A DNA stretch of 64,000 bases from Basidiobolus meristosporus CBS 931.73 (GCA_002104905.1 MCFE01000037.1:62001-126000); one strand, 5' to 3'; positions 25,779 to 39,559 are shown, counted from the stretch's first letter. Program-made: numbers and translations. Notes: generated from the sequence alone by a model not told the origin.

Positions 25779-27250
25779 GAGCAGAAATACCCCATGTACA
25801 ACCTGGTCTTTAATATAGAGATAATGTCAAAAGGCAAATGCGTTGCTTGAAACACAGGGCTTTTGCTTTAGCAGAAACCCTCTATCTTTAGTATCTCCAG
25901 CTTTTGATTAATTCCATAATCTGGCCAATAGATAATAGGTTGCCAACTGTACTGCAATTGCATGCTGACTTCTGTATGTTCTCTTTGCAGGAAGATGATG
26001 TTCTTTGTGTTGGTGTTTGGATAATAATAATGCATGTGAGTTATGGAGTAGATCCCCAAGATCTCACACGCTTGACAGCAATACCATCCACATGCCCAGA
26101 ACAGCAGGCTATCTTGCTGATGACTGGGATATCTCTAATGCAGATAATAATATGTGCTCTAACACAATGGCCACTCACTAGTATCCTGCTGGAAAGCATA
26201 TAAAGTCATCCAGCAGTGGATACAGGTAGCTATCCAGGTTGGATGGTGATTTAGGCCCAGATACTAGTGAGACTACAGTCAGATAACTGCTCTGATACTA
26301 CAAGATTGGCAGCAGACTTGGGTTGAAAAGAATCCATGGCTAGCAGGATTTGTTCATTTGTACCATTTCATGTTAAATTGCATCCTGGAATAATTTTAGC
26401 AAGAAGTAGCAGTAAATCCTCAGAGACCCCATTACCAATAAAGGCAGAAACATGCCACTTCTCAAGCTATAACAACACATCATTTGCCAGTAAATGGATT
26501 ACTGGGCTCACTTGGCTCCATAAAGTATCCTTGGCATTTTTTTCTGTGGGAGCTGTCTCATTGCATATTGCAATATTGCCAGGCCCATACCAGGTACTAT
26601 TGAAATGGGAGATAGGCTTGCAATCCATCAGTGAGCCTTCCTCTCTGAATTTATCACTCTACATGCCATATTCAGTCAACAAAGGGGAGCCTAAAGGTGC
26701 CACAAATTCACCTCACTCAGTGCTGTCTGCAGGCTTCATGGCTGAGAGGCTTGTTACAATAGCCACATGGTCTTTTTCTCTTCTCTTATGGTATTGAGTC
26801 AAGTAGTCTTGCCCATGGGGCAAACAGTTTGACCTTCAACAACATAATGCCATTATATCACTTTTTGGTCAATACTTATGTGAACTTAACATGGTCCTAT
26901 ATCTGAGACATTGCACCTACATGTATGTAAGATTCAATGATGACCTGCCATAGTAAGCATTATAAATAAAGCTGTGGCACCACATACACACATATATATA
27001 ACACTATTTCCCCTTTGGTTTGACTCACTTCCATATATATGCTGCCAAAAAATAAAGCAAAGTTGTCTGGTTCTCAACCAAACCTCACCATTGACAGCAA
27101 CAGAAGAATAGTTAGGCAACAGCTTGCTTTGACATTCAGTGCAACAAGCAGGGCTACATCCAAAAAAGTCCCTGTGGACAGTGTGCCCATTGAAGGTAAT
27201 AATGTGGGCTCCTCAGGCTCTCAGTCAAGTAGGCAGTTGAGAACCTCTGC
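25779..27250 (-). pseudogene. Fragmentary CACTA transposase gene (N-terminal region plus part of the Tnp2 core)
   Basis: Homologous to 29240-31190 and 63230-63680, with internal deletions. Confidence 0.75.
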
Positions 27251-28864
27251 GGTGTAATTTTATAACCAAATAAAGTGACAAAACTGACAAGATTTGATTG
27301 GTGCTGTGTCAATATTGCATTGTATTGTTGCAGTTTTATTGCGCTCTACAACTATTTTAAATGGATCCAACTGGCCAGGATATCTCATTGCCTTATATGC
27401 CAAGAAACTTGACAGTATTTCAACAGCCTCACAACTAGACTCTGATGGCATCATATTTGCAGTATGGTGGCCTACAGCTGCTTCTGTATAATGCCATCAT
27501 ACCAATTTACCAAATGGGTTTTCCTTTCTCTACCTCCCCTTGTGCAATTCATATATTCAACTGTAGAATCACTCCTCTTTATTTGCTAATCCACTACTAC
27601 CTTGGGTATTCCACATATAGTTTGAATCAAAAAAAACAATGGCCACCTGCTTACTAACCTCTACAAATATGCACACCTGCTGCAATTGAATACTTCTATC
27701 ACCTCAACTTTGTGGCTTTTTAGTGTGATACTTGCAAAGTTGCCATATACCTTGTACTGCTGGTAGCATATACATCTTACAAACATATGCTTAGTTGTTG
27801 CCACATCTGGCATGAATACCTCCTGAATATCTGCAAAGAACTTCTTGGTACTTAGCTAATGTATTCCTTCTCCCTGCTAGATTCTAGTCTCCCTTATAGG
27901 TTCATTCTGGCTCTTGTTTGCATAAATTTCATATTAAATGGTGTAGAAGATTGCTTGTGACCAAGTGAAATCCGGCATACTTTGGTAGAGTTTTTCTAAT
28001 AAAAATTAGCTGCTTGTTGCACCCAACCCAGCATTGCATTACTTAACTGATTACCCACACATTGGGGCTGCTTAGCTTCTTAATGCCATATACATAGGTG
28101 TCTCCATGTGCACATTTGCCCTCAGTATTTTCCAACTCTTCCTGACTGTCCTCCATATGCCAAATTGTCATATCCATGATGAACTTAAAGGTAATATTCT
28201 TGATGAGACTGGGATATGGTAGTACCTGCAACTTGACTTGTCTTCCCATCATCCCACACATATGCTCCATAGGAACCTCCTAAAAGGTGAAGCAAGGCCC
28301 AATATTCTCCACACACCATGCAAGATGGAGTAGAAAATGGATGCAGTAGGGGCAGAGATCTACGCATTCAGCTTTATGTTGTGGTACAGCTGCTCAAATC
28401 CTGTCACAAACTCCTTGCACAACAGCTGTAGATGCATCAAGTTACCTTTGGTGATCCGCTTATGGATAAGTATTCCTACAATGTCCATATACAACTCCCA
28501 ATGCTTCCAATGTACTCTTGGTAGGAATGGCTTCAGAATGCCACTTGAATAAGTACATATCCAGTTCATCCAGTCTTTGCATTTGTACTGTTGCATATGG
28601 GTATGAATATTGATTGGAGCCTGTGAGAAGTACTTAGGGTAGCAGATACTCTGTAATATCTTGCAAATGCTTTCAAATTTCTGTTGTATCTCAAAGGGTG
28701 CATATAGCTTGAAATGCCCCATGTACAACTTGGTCATCAGTATAGAGATATTGTTGAAAAGCAAACGCATTACTCTGTAATATCTTGCCAATGCTTTCAA
28801 ATTTCTATGGTATTGCAAAGGGCTCATTTAGCTTGAAATGCCCCATGTGCAACTTGGTCATCAG

Positions 28865-29234
28865 TGTGAGTACTAAATGCAGTACCCACTCTTTGCCCAA
28901 GAGTTCTCCCCAGAGTCCTATCCAAAGTCCCCCAGTATCCTCCCTATGATTCCCCCACACGCCCTCCCTCCTATCCCTGCCCTTATCTAGTTAGAACACT
29001 TACTATAACAGGAAGGTGTTCACACCCCTATTTTATAACACATTGTCTATTATCTAAGCCCCCAAGTGATATATATATCTACCCAATTGAACCAAGCAAG
29101 AGGAGGATTTGGACAAAATAAACACAAGTCTTTATTACCTTACTACCTTCTATTGGAAGCTACTCTGAACCAAGTGGTACTGACTTGACCTACAAGCTCT
29201 CCCACTCACCAAGTAGAGTCAGTAATAACCCACA
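28865..29234 (+). repeat. Solo LTR (370 bp, TGTG...CACA) with 5-bp TSD ATCAG, gypsy-associated family
   Basis: ATCAG at 28860-28864 and 29235-29239, and the CACTA sequence is continuous across it. A homologous LTR at 55301-55637 lies next to a gypsy gag fragment. Confidence 0.9.
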
Positions 29235-31957
29235 ATCAGTATAGTGATATTGTTGAAAAGCAAATGCAGTACTCTCAGTGGAAAGCTTTTGCTCCAACAG
29301 ATACCCTAAATCTTAAGTATCTCCGGTTTCTTATTGATTCCATATTCCAGCCAATGGTGTATAGCTTGCCAACTTTGCTGCAATTGAGTGCTGACTTCTG
29401 TATATTCTCTCTGTGGGAAGATGCTATTCTTAGTGCTGGTGTTTAGGCAATAATAATGTGTGTGAGTTATGGAGTAAATCCCCTGGATCTCACACATTTG
29501 ACAGCAATACCATCCGTTGTGCCCAGAAAAACCTGATATCTTGCTAATGGCTGAGGCATCTCCAATGCAGATAATAATATGCACTGTTACATGATGGCCA
29601 TTTACTGTTATCCTGCTGGAAAGCATACAAAACTCACACAGCATTGGATACAGGTAGCTATCCAGGTTGGACAGTGATTTAGTCCCAGATACCAGTGAGA
29701 CTACCATCCAATTATTACTCTGATACCATACAATGGGCAGCAGATTCAGATTGATGAGAATCAGTGGCCAGCAGGATTTGCTGGCAGAGTACTTTTTTAA
29801 TGAGAATCCACCAAGTGCTAAGGCAAAGGCATGGTCATATATACCTTCAAAGTAGCCCTTTCTTCTTAGCTGTTTGTAATGTTTGCCATCAAATATATCA
29901 GATATGTTTGTGCTTGATTAATACTAAGTGGGGTACTGTCTAGCTTTGCAATATTTGTTGGACTGTATTAGCTTTCTCATAAAGGGTATTACTGGAGTAT
30001 ATCCAGAGTGTTAACAATGATATCCCTCAGTGGTGGTGGATTCCTGACAATTTGGACACGTTGCAATGGTAGCATTTTTGGATGTGAATGCCATGCAACT
30101 GTTAACACATGCTGGAATCAGGACAGTCTCTGGATCATATGTGGCCAGATGCATGATAGTTGTCCACCTGTCCCATATACATGTAAGTTGCATCCTGGAA
30201 TGATTTTGGCAAGAAGTAGCAATAATTCCTCAAAGCCCCATTACTGATATTAGTGGAAATGTGCCACTTCTCTAGCCACAAGATTACATCACTGACCAGT
30301 AGATACATTACTGGGCTTACTTGGCTCCATAAAGTATCCTTGGCATTTGTTTCAATGGGTGTTGTCTCATTGCATATTGGGATTTGACTGGGCTCATATG
30401 TGGTACTGTTGTTAGGGGAGATAGGCTCACAATCCACCAGTGAACCTTCTTTGTTAGAGCTGTCACTCTGCATGCCATATTCAGAAGACTGAGGTGAGCC
30501 TAAAGGCATCACAAACTCACCTAACTCAGTTTGCGCAAGGTGACAAATATGGCCAGGTGCCAATATAGAAGTATCAACTGGCTGGCAAGATAATGTTGCT
30601 ACAGTGGTGACTAATGAATGGTCAAGTATGACTTGTATGGCAAAACACTGGCTATGATCCTTGTAATACTACCTATGCTGTCTGCATGCTTCATGGCTGA
30701 GAGGCTTGCTACAATGGCCACAAGGTCTTTTTTCTCTTCTCTTATGGTGTTGAGTCAAAGTAGTCTTGTCCATGGGGCAAACAGTTTGACCTTAAACAAT
30801 GCAACACTATTATATCACTTTTTGGTCAATACTCATGCAAATTTGAGACAGTTGTGTATTTGAGACATTGTACCTACACAAATGTAAGATTCAATGATTG
30901 CCTGTCATAGCAAGCATTATAAATAAAGATGTGGCACCACATGCAAACTTATATGTAGCACTATTTGCCCTTTGGTTTGACTCACTTCCATATATATGCT
31001 GCCAAAAATAAAGCAAAGTTGCCTGGTTCCCAACCAAACCACACTGCTGATGGCAACCAAAGAACTGTTGGACAACAGCTTGCTTTGACATTCAGTGCAA
31101 CAAGCAGGGCTACATCCAAAAAAGGCAACAGTTTGCCCACTGAAGGTAACAATGCAGACTCTTCAGGCTCCTAGCCAAGTAAGCTACTGAGAACCTCAGT
31201 GGTATGGTGGTGTAGAGGTACTCCTGGGAGAAGCTACACAACTCAAGGTATGTGAGGTGTCTGATGGGTGCAAAATCCTCTGGGTCTAAACTGCTAGTGT
31301 CTTTGTCAATATGTCACCATGGTAAAAGCTCCTGCTTCTCTAGCTTCCTGGGTGCTCCAAGTGTCTCCAAAGGCCTCTGTGTGTCTTGTGCACTACCTTG
31401 AAAAGCTCCTTGATGGCAGGTCTGAGATGTACAGTTGAAGGCAGGTGCAGTGATCAACTGCTAAGCAATAAAGGAGAAGTGTTACTGATAGAAGGGATGA
31501 TTTGTTGATGAGGGATAGACTTCCCTTAAATACTTTTTCTGATTGCCAAGTGGTTACTAATGACAAGGTTCTGGAAAATTCCAGGTATCAATGGAATGCT
31601 TGATGACATCACTGTGAGCTAAAAATATGGCATGAATGTCCAGGAAGGTTCTAAAAGGCACTGCACATCCAACCAATCAGGGATCAGTAGTATGAAATCT
31701 GTGCACATAGAGATACCATAAATGGTATTTAAATGGTAGGGAAGGTAACATAGACTTAGGTCATGTGTCACAGGTACAGATGCAGGTACTTGCTTAATTT
31801 AGATACGTACACCAATCACAAAGCTGAGTAACATCTGGGATAACCAATGCTAAAAACTAATCAGGGCAAACATAATAAGGGCATAATACTAATAATATGG
31901 GCAAAAGAAGAATCGGATAATACTTATAAGATAAAATATGGATAAGTACAACATAAT

Positions 31958-32690
31958 AGACTTGTTCCATTGAATAGTGCCACATTGAGCCATGAGTGCC
32001 AAATGATGCCATAGTGTGCCAGGGAGGCCAAGTGTGACTACACTTGGCCACAGAGTGTGCAGCAAAGCTCTGCATCTTCATGCAAAGCAGCCCCTGTGTT
32101 TCACTCATTGTGATGGAGAAAATTCATTTTTTGACCTTTATTTTAGGTGAATGTTGTTGAGGATGTGTAAGAGCACAAAAGGATTGAAGATATGCATCTG
32201 GTACTCAATACACAGGGCACTCTGAATCTAGCTCCTGTGGCTTGTAACATGTCACAAAAATGCATGGCACTATCTTGGTCCACTGGTACTATCTGGCACT
32301 ATAAGTGCTTTGTATAGATCTTGCTTTAGGGCTAATATTCAAATATAGTGCCAGATAGTACCAGTGGACCAAGATAGTGCCATGCATTTTTGTGACATGT
32401 TACAAGCCACAAGAGCTAGATTCAGAGTGCTATGGGTATTGAGTACCAGATGTATATCTTCAATCCTTTAGTGCTCTTACACATCCTGCACAATATTGAT
32501 CCACAAAAAAACGTCAAAAAATGGATTTTCACCATCACAATGAGTGAAACACAGGGGCTGCTTTGCATGAAGATGCTGACCTATGTTTCACACTCTGTGG
32601 CCAAGTATACGCTCACTTGGCCTCTCTGGCACACTATGGCATCATTTGGCACTCATGGCTCAATGTGGAACTATCTGACAGAACAAGTCT
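31958..32690. mobile_element. Fold-back MITE copy 1 (733 bp; about 345-bp inverted arms, about 40-bp spacer), TSD AAT
   Basis: AAT|AGACTTGTTC ... GAACAAGTCT|AAT; the arms are reverse complements around the spacer at about 32323-32348. Confidence 0.92.
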
Positions 32691-32699
32691 AATAGCTAT

Positions 32700-33720
32700 G
32701 TGAGTAAGCTTGTCTGTGGGAGGTATGCTTACCCTACCACAGCAGAGCCACAAGCTGACTGTTCTGTTCAGGCAGATAACAATGTAGCAAATGCAGTACC
32801 CTCAGTTGAAGAACAGCAAGTGGCCATGATAACATCACCACCACCCATATTAGCAAGTATTTTGTCAGCTCATACCAAAGCATTAATGAAGCAGTTAGGT
32901 GCAGTGGCTGATAGGATAGATGCAATGGCACAGAGAAATCAGGAAATAGACTAGAAACAGAACAAGCGGATAATACATGTAGAGCAATCAATATCCCAGG
33001 TAGAGAAAGCAGTAACTTTGCTGCAAAGAAGGAACTCAAGTAGGTCAATGTCACAGCCAATAATTGAGCCATCTCCCAATGTAACAGCAGAGGAATACTG
33101 TAGTCTTTAAAGCACAACATCAGTGCCCAAAGATAAAGCCCACAGAAAAACCTATCACAGTGTGGGAGGGAGACAATGTGGTGTTTATACCAAAGCCTAA
33201 AAATCAAAAGACATAGAAGATCTGTGAAGCTGCTCAGTGCAATAATGAAGAGTGGGCTAATATTTAAGAGGCTGTTGGAAGTTTAGCATGCCATCATCAT
33301 AAGGCTAGCATACAATGGGAACATCAGGTACTCAAGGCCAAGCAGAATGCACTTGACTTGCTCCATGAGCATTGTTAACTATCACAATGCCTTCAGTGGA
33401 ATTTTGGAACGTCAATAGGAGCACCAAGAGCTTGCAGTACTTCTTCAAGAGCATTGCTCAAGAAAATACAATTGAATTTGCAAGGATTTATTGCAAAGAC
33501 TGGCAGATGAGCTGCCAAACCTTGCAGTGCTGGCTGAAGACCAGGACATGTGGGAACCAGTGAATGAACAGTAGCATAAAGTCATTGGGTTCCCACCAAA
33601 GTTGTGGAACCAGAGCATTACAGCATAAATACTTATTGAGTGCTGGATTCTGATGGAATTACTTGTTGAGTGTGGGGTTAGGCTTAATGTGAGTGTAGGG
33701 TATAGAGACTTGTATAGGCC
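32700..33720 (+). pseudogene. CACTA accessory (second) gene, decayed
   Basis: Homologous to minus-strand 40430-42200 and 48640-48830 (..EEWANI.EAV.SL..; LAVLAEDQ..WEPVNE..KA.GFP.K.W..SITA.ILIE.WIL.EL). Confidence 0.65.
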
Positions 33721-34243
33721 AATACAATTGGCAATTGAGGTAAAGCTGAAGTTTCAACGGAAATAAATCAATTTGTACACATGAAAAGTAAGAGAAATGG
33801 CTTAGTCAGGAAGTAGTGTGAAAAAGAGGCAATAGCCAATCAATGCACACAAACATAGGAGGTGATAGAGTTTTGGGATCAGAAAGTAAGCAAATTGTCA
33901 GGGAACCAATCAAAATCCACTTATCAATTGTTGTGATGAAAAGTTTTGACTAAGTTTTTTGTGAAATCTGGGGTGCAATTGTTTTTCAACAGTCTCTGGA
34001 TGGTGTCCTGATGGGACCAGCACCTATTTGTCACAGGACTTGAGCTTTCTGATGGCCTTTTGACAGGATCATTGCAATAACTTTTTATAGGGTAACACAA
34101 TGGTGTTCTGACAGGCTCATTGCTCACCTCTGCTGGCATTATTACAGCATTATGGTGGCATTCATATTGTTTGGTATACTGCTACTGTACTAATGTTCCA
34201 AATAGTTTTTTCTATTTCCACCTCTGCTTGTGCATTCAAATCT

Positions 34244-34956
34244 AGACTTATTCCACTGGATAGTGCACATTGATCCATGAGTGCCAAATAGTGCCATTGT
34301 GTGCCAGAGAGGAATAGCAGCCCTATACTTGGCCACAGAGTGTGAAGCATGGCTCTTCATCTTCAGGCAGAGCAGTCCCTGTTTTCACCCATTGCACTGG
34401 AGAAAATCCATCTTTTGGCCACTTATTTGGGATCAAAATTGTGCAGGATGTGTAAGAGCACAGAAGGGCTGCTGGCATGCATCTGATACTCAATACCCAT
34501 AGCACTCTGAATCTAGATTCTGTAGCTTGTAACATGTCACAAAAATGCATGGCACTATCTTGGTCCACTGGCATAATCTGGCACAATAAGTGCTTTGTAT
34601 TGGCTTTACTTTAGGGTTAATATATAAATATAGCCCCAGATTGTGCCATACATTTTTGTGACATGTTACAAGCCATAAAATCTAGATTCACAGTGCCATT
34701 AGCATTGAGTACCAGATAGATATCTTCAGTCCTTCTGTGCTCTTACATATTGGGCACTATATTGATCCCAAAAAAAAGGCCAAAAAATGGATTTTCTCCA
34801 GCACAATGGGTGAAAGAAATGGGCCACTTTGCATGAAGGTGAAGAGCTATGCTTCACACTCTGTGGCCAAGGATGGGTCCACTTGGCCTCCCTGACACAC
34901 TATGGCATCATTTAGCACTCATGACCCAACTTGCCACTATCCTACAGAACAATTGT
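34244..34956. mobile_element. Fold-back MITE copy 2 (more diverged, about 713 bp)
   Basis: AGACTTATTCC ... GAACAATTGT; same arm-and-spacer layout as copies 1 and 3; TSD not intact. Confidence 0.85.
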
Positions 34957-35262
34957 ATTCCATTAGAGAATTAACCCTTGGTATTTGCTTATGTGCTACT
35001 ACCTTGGGTATTCCACATAAAGTTCAAATAAAAAATAATTATGGCCTCTTGCTTACTAACCTCTACATATCTGCACATCCACTGCAATTAACACACTTCT
35101 ATAGCCTTAACCTTACATCATTTTTGTATGATACTTGCAAAGTTGCCATATACACTGAATTGCTTGCAACATACACATCTTGCAAAAATATACTTTGTTG
35201 CTGCCACTATGCCATAAATACCTCCTGAATATCTACAAAGAACCTTTGGGTATTTAGCCAAT

Positions 35263-35996
35263 AGACTTGTTCCATTGGATAGTGCCACATTGAGCCATGA
35301 GTGCAAAATGATGCCATAGTTTGCCAGAGAGGCCAAGTGAGCGTATACTTGGCCACAAAGTGTGAAACATAGGTCAGCATCTTCATGCAAAGCAGCCCTT
35401 GTGTTTCACCTATGATACTGGAGAAATCCACTTTTTGGTGTTTTTTTGTGGATCAATGTTGTGCAGGATGTGTATGAGCCCAGAAGAACTGAAGACATGG
35501 ATCAGGTACTCAATACCCATGGCACTCTGAATCTAGCTCCTGTGGCTTGTAACATGTCACAAAAATGCATGGCACTATCTTGGTCCACTGGTACTATCTG
35601 GCACTATAAGTGCTTTGTATAGATCTTGCTTTAGGGCTAATATTTAAATATAGTGCCAGATAGTACCAGTGGACCAAGATAGTGCCATGCATTTTTGTGA
35701 CATGTTACAAGCCACAGGAGCTAGACTCAGAGTGCCATGGGTATTTAGTACCAGATGCATATCTTCAATCCTTTTATGCTCTTACACATCCGGCACAACA
35801 TTTACCTCAAAAAGAAAGGTCAAAAAATGAATTTTCTCCAACATAAAGGGTGAAACACAGGGGTGGCTTTGCATGAAGATGCAGACCTATGTTTCACACT
35901 CTGTGGCCAAGTATAGATTCACTTGGCCTCCATGGCACACTATGGCATCATTTGGCACTCATGGCTCAATGTGGCAATATCCAATGGAACAAGTCT
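35263..35996. mobile_element. Fold-back MITE copy 3 (734 bp), TSD AAT/AAC, inserted in a CACTA transposase gene
   Basis: TTAGCCAAT|AGACTTGTTCC ... GGAACAAGTCT|AACATATTTCTTCTCCC. Confidence 0.92.
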
Positions 35997-36667
35997 AACA
36001 TATTTCTTCTCCCTGCAAACTCCCATCCCCCCAATAGGTGCACTCTGGCTCTTATTTGTGTATATTCCATACTGAATGGTGTAAAAATTGACTTATGACC
36101 AGGTGAAATCCAGCATACTCTGATGAAGTTGCCCTAAGAAGCAATAGCTGCTTGATGCACCCAACCTAACTTAGTATTACTTAACTGAGTACCCATGCAT
36201 TGCGGCTGCCTAGCTTCTTAATGCCAGAGGCATAAGTGTCTCCTTGTGCACATCTGTCCTCAGCATTTTCTAATTCTTCTGGGCTGTCATGAATGTACTT
36301 ACACATCATATTGATGAGGCACTTTAAGGTAGTATTCTTGATGAGATTGAGATACGGTAGTGCCTGCAACTTGACTTGTCTTCCTTTCTCCCCACACATC
36401 AGCTGCATAGGAAACTCCTAAAAGGTGAAGCAAGGCCCAATATTTTCCACACACCAAGCAAGATGGTGTGGACAATAGAGACTGTAGTGGCCAATATCAG
36501 TGTGTTCCACTTTGTGATTGTAGTATAGCCAATTAAATCCCATAACAAACTCTGTGCATAAGAGCTGTAGATGCGTCAAGTTTACATCAGCAATCTGTTT
36601 CTGGATAAATATTTCAACAATGTCAACATATGAGTCCCAATGCTTCCAATGTACTCTTGGTAGTTAT

Positions 36668-37036
36668 TGTTGCAATTTAAGAAGTGATTTGGATACAAGG
36701 AACTTATCAAGAAATAGTGATAATAGTTGAACTGTTGTTTATTCATAAAGAAGCTCAGTATTTATACCTTTGTAGAAGTAATACAGCTGCAACACTAAGT
36801 AGGGAGGGTTTCTCAATATTCAGGAGAATTCTGTAACAGTTTCAGGGTTGGTACATAATGTTTGGTAATAGTGCTAATTTGATCCTGACTATAGGGGAAT
36901 AATCATGAGATCATATATCTGGAGAAAGTGGCAAAGTTAAGGCAGTAAGTGAGTCCTACAATGACTAAGACTAGTCTAGAATTGTTAAGTAAATTTTTAG
37001 CTGCTGAATGATACCAAATAGTCCAATATTTCAGTA
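36668..37036 (+). repeat. Solo LTR of a second TGTTG-type family (369 bp) with perfect TSD GTTAT
   Basis: GTTAT at 36663-36667 and 37037-37041; reverse-complement homolog of 46244-46612. Confidence 0.88.
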
Positions 37037-39147
37037 GTTATGACATCAGAAGGCCACTTGAATAATATACCCAGCTCATCCAGTTCATGCATTTGGATTG
37101 TTGCATATACATATGAGTATCAATTGGAGCTTGTGAGCAGTACTTTGAGTAATGGATACTCTGCAATATCTTGCCAACTCTTAGATAATTCTGTGGTATC
37201 TTAAGGGCTCATTCAGTTTGGAATGCCCCATATACAACTTAGTTGCTTCTGGATAAATATTACTAAAATGTCCATATTTGACTCCCAATGCTTCCAATGC
37301 ACTCTTGGTAGGAATGGCTTCAAAACACCACTGGAATAAATACATATCCAGTTCATCTGGTCTTTGCATTTGTACTGTTGCATATGGGTATGAATATTGA
37401 TTGGAGCCTGTGAGAAGTACTTAGGGCAGCAGATACTCTGTAATATCTTGCAAATGCTTTCAAATTTCTGTTGTATCTCAAATGGTGCATTTAGCTTGAA
37501 ATGCCCCATGTACAATTTGGTCATCAGTATAGGGATATTGTTGAAAAGCAAATGCATTACTCTGTAATATCTTTCCAATGCTTTCAAATTTCTATGGTAT
37601 CACAAAGGGCTCATTTAGCTTGAAATGACCCATGTGCAACTTGGTCATCAGTATAGGGATATTGTTGAGCAGCAAATGTATTGCTGCCATTGCAAAGCTT
37701 TTGCCCAAGCAGATACCCCTAACCTAGGTTTCTCCAGCTTCTAATTGATTCCATATTCTGGCCAATGGCTTATACCTTACCAACTTTGTTGCAATTGCAT
37801 GCTGACTTATGCATGTTCTCTCTGTGGGATGATGATGTTCTTAGTATTGGTTTTTTGGTAACAATATTATGTGCAAATTATGACATAAATCCCATGGTTT
37901 CACACAGCTGACAGCAATACCATCCATTTTGCCCAGAAAAGCCAGCTTTCTTGCAGATGGCAGGGGTATTTCCAATTAAGATAGTAATTTGCACTGTGAT
38001 ATGGAGGCTATTTAGTAGTAGCCTGCTGGAAAGGATACAAAATTCATCCTCTATAGATATATGTGGCTGTTCAGGCTAGACAGTGCTTTAGGTCCAGATA
38101 CCATTGAGACTACCAGCAGATATATACTCTGATACTGTAAGATAGGTGGCATATCACGGTTGATGAGAAATAGTGGCATGCAGGATTTGCCGCTCAAGTA
38201 CTTGTTCAATGAGAATCCATCTGGTGCCAACATAAAGGCAAGGCCATACCTATCTTCAAAGTAGCCCTTGCTTCTTAGTTTTTGTAAAACTTACCATTGA
38301 ATATATCAGAAATGTCTGGGCTTGCTTGATACTGGGAGTGGTCTTTTATGGCTTTACAATAATTATTGGACTGCATAAACTTCTTTGGACAGGTTATTAC
38401 TAGAATATGTCTGGATTGTGAAGGATGTTTTACTCAGATGGTGGTGGATTACTGACAAATTAGAGACCTTGCAATGGCAGCATTTTCAAGTGTGAATGCC
38501 TTGCAATTGTCCACATCTGCTGGTATCAGTACAGGCTCTGGGTCATATTTTGCCAGCTGCATGACAGTGTGGTGGTGTATACATTAAAGGAGAGATATGT
38601 TCAACACTGCTCACATGTTTTGTGTGTGTGGTACTCCCTGAGTGTAATAACCTCTGACAAAAGCTTGCTAGCAGTACTTGGGTTTTGTCTTTACTCCAAG
38701 GTGGAGAGGAATAAGGCCACAAGCTTGTCAAGGGAAAACTAATGAGCTACAATCCCCAACCTAGTTAGCATCTTAACAAAAGTATGTGCTGGGTTCAGCC
38801 TCCTTTGAGATGACAATGTACTAAAGCTTCCAAAGTCAAAACAACTGTAAACTCTTCCAGCAGGGGCTTGATAAGAATGCAGCTGTGGGCAATATTTACA
38901 AAGACAGAGTAGTTCTTTTCCTGTACAAGAACAAGCTTGGGAAAGAATCAAATATAATAAAGGATACCAACTCTGAGTATTCCTCACAGGTAGTGCCTCC
39001 AAGGTTAGTTGGCTGTCAGTGTGGTTACCTGGGAGTGTCTCATGGTCTGGGGTTGGAAGTTCAGGTGGCAGCAGGTAGCAGTGATCACATTAATCAACAA
39101 GTTGGTATATTGATAAAAAGGATGATGATTTATTGTTGAGGGATAGC

Positions 39148-39160
39148 CTCCCTTATATAC
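39148..39160 (-). promoter_or_regulatory. Putative TATA-like box upstream of the CACTA transposase gene
   Basis: The minus strand reads GTATATAAGGGAG. The homologous position in another copy (about 31521-31533) reads GTATTTAAGGGAA. Function is inferred only. Confidence 0.3.
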
Positions 39161-39559
39161 TTTTCTCACTGGCAAAGTGATTACTAACCATGGTGTTCCA
39201 GAAGGTTCCAGTGGTCAAATAGAAATTTTAGTGACAACAGAATGAGCTAGGAATGTTTTAAGTAGGTGCCAGAAGGTTCTAAGAAGCACAGCACACCCAA
39301 CCAATCAAGAATCAGTATTCTGAAACCTGTGTACCATAGAGATAACATATATTGTATGAAAATGGTGGGGATGGTGATGCGGTTTGGCCATAAGTTACAA
39401 GTACTGGTGCGGATACCTGCCTAATATAGAAGCACTTACATCAAGTAATCTTACATAAAGTGAGGGATAACTTATGCAATAAGGTAGGCAGGTGTAATAG
39501 TCAGCCAGCTCATGCAATAGCACTGTTCAGATAAGACAAATGGGATAAAACCAATATAA

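Larger units (their letters stand above)
27255..34092 (-). mobile_element. Near-complete decayed CACTA/CMC transposon: transposase on minus (about 27500-31200), divergent accessory gene on plus (about 32700-33720), right terminus at 34092
   Basis: Tnp2 motifs (SGTKSLSNLDSYLYP, IGDASAISKISGFSGHNG, YKCKDWMNWI, MEHMCG). Right end reads CCCTATAAAAAGTTATTG on the minus strand. Left end is missing about 140 bp relative to 58167. Carries a solo LTR and a MITE. Confidence 0.8.
34093..39470 (-). mobile_element. Composite of decayed CACTA copies (3' region, transposase core, upstream region) interrupted by two MITEs and a solo LTR
   Basis: Transposase homology at 34960-36660 and 37040-38580; upstream region 38750-39470 homologous to 31200-31900. 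Confidence 0.75.

Noticed and set aside
32320-32350. TTAGGG in the MITE spacer as a telomeric seed
   Set aside because: Single hexamer, not an array.
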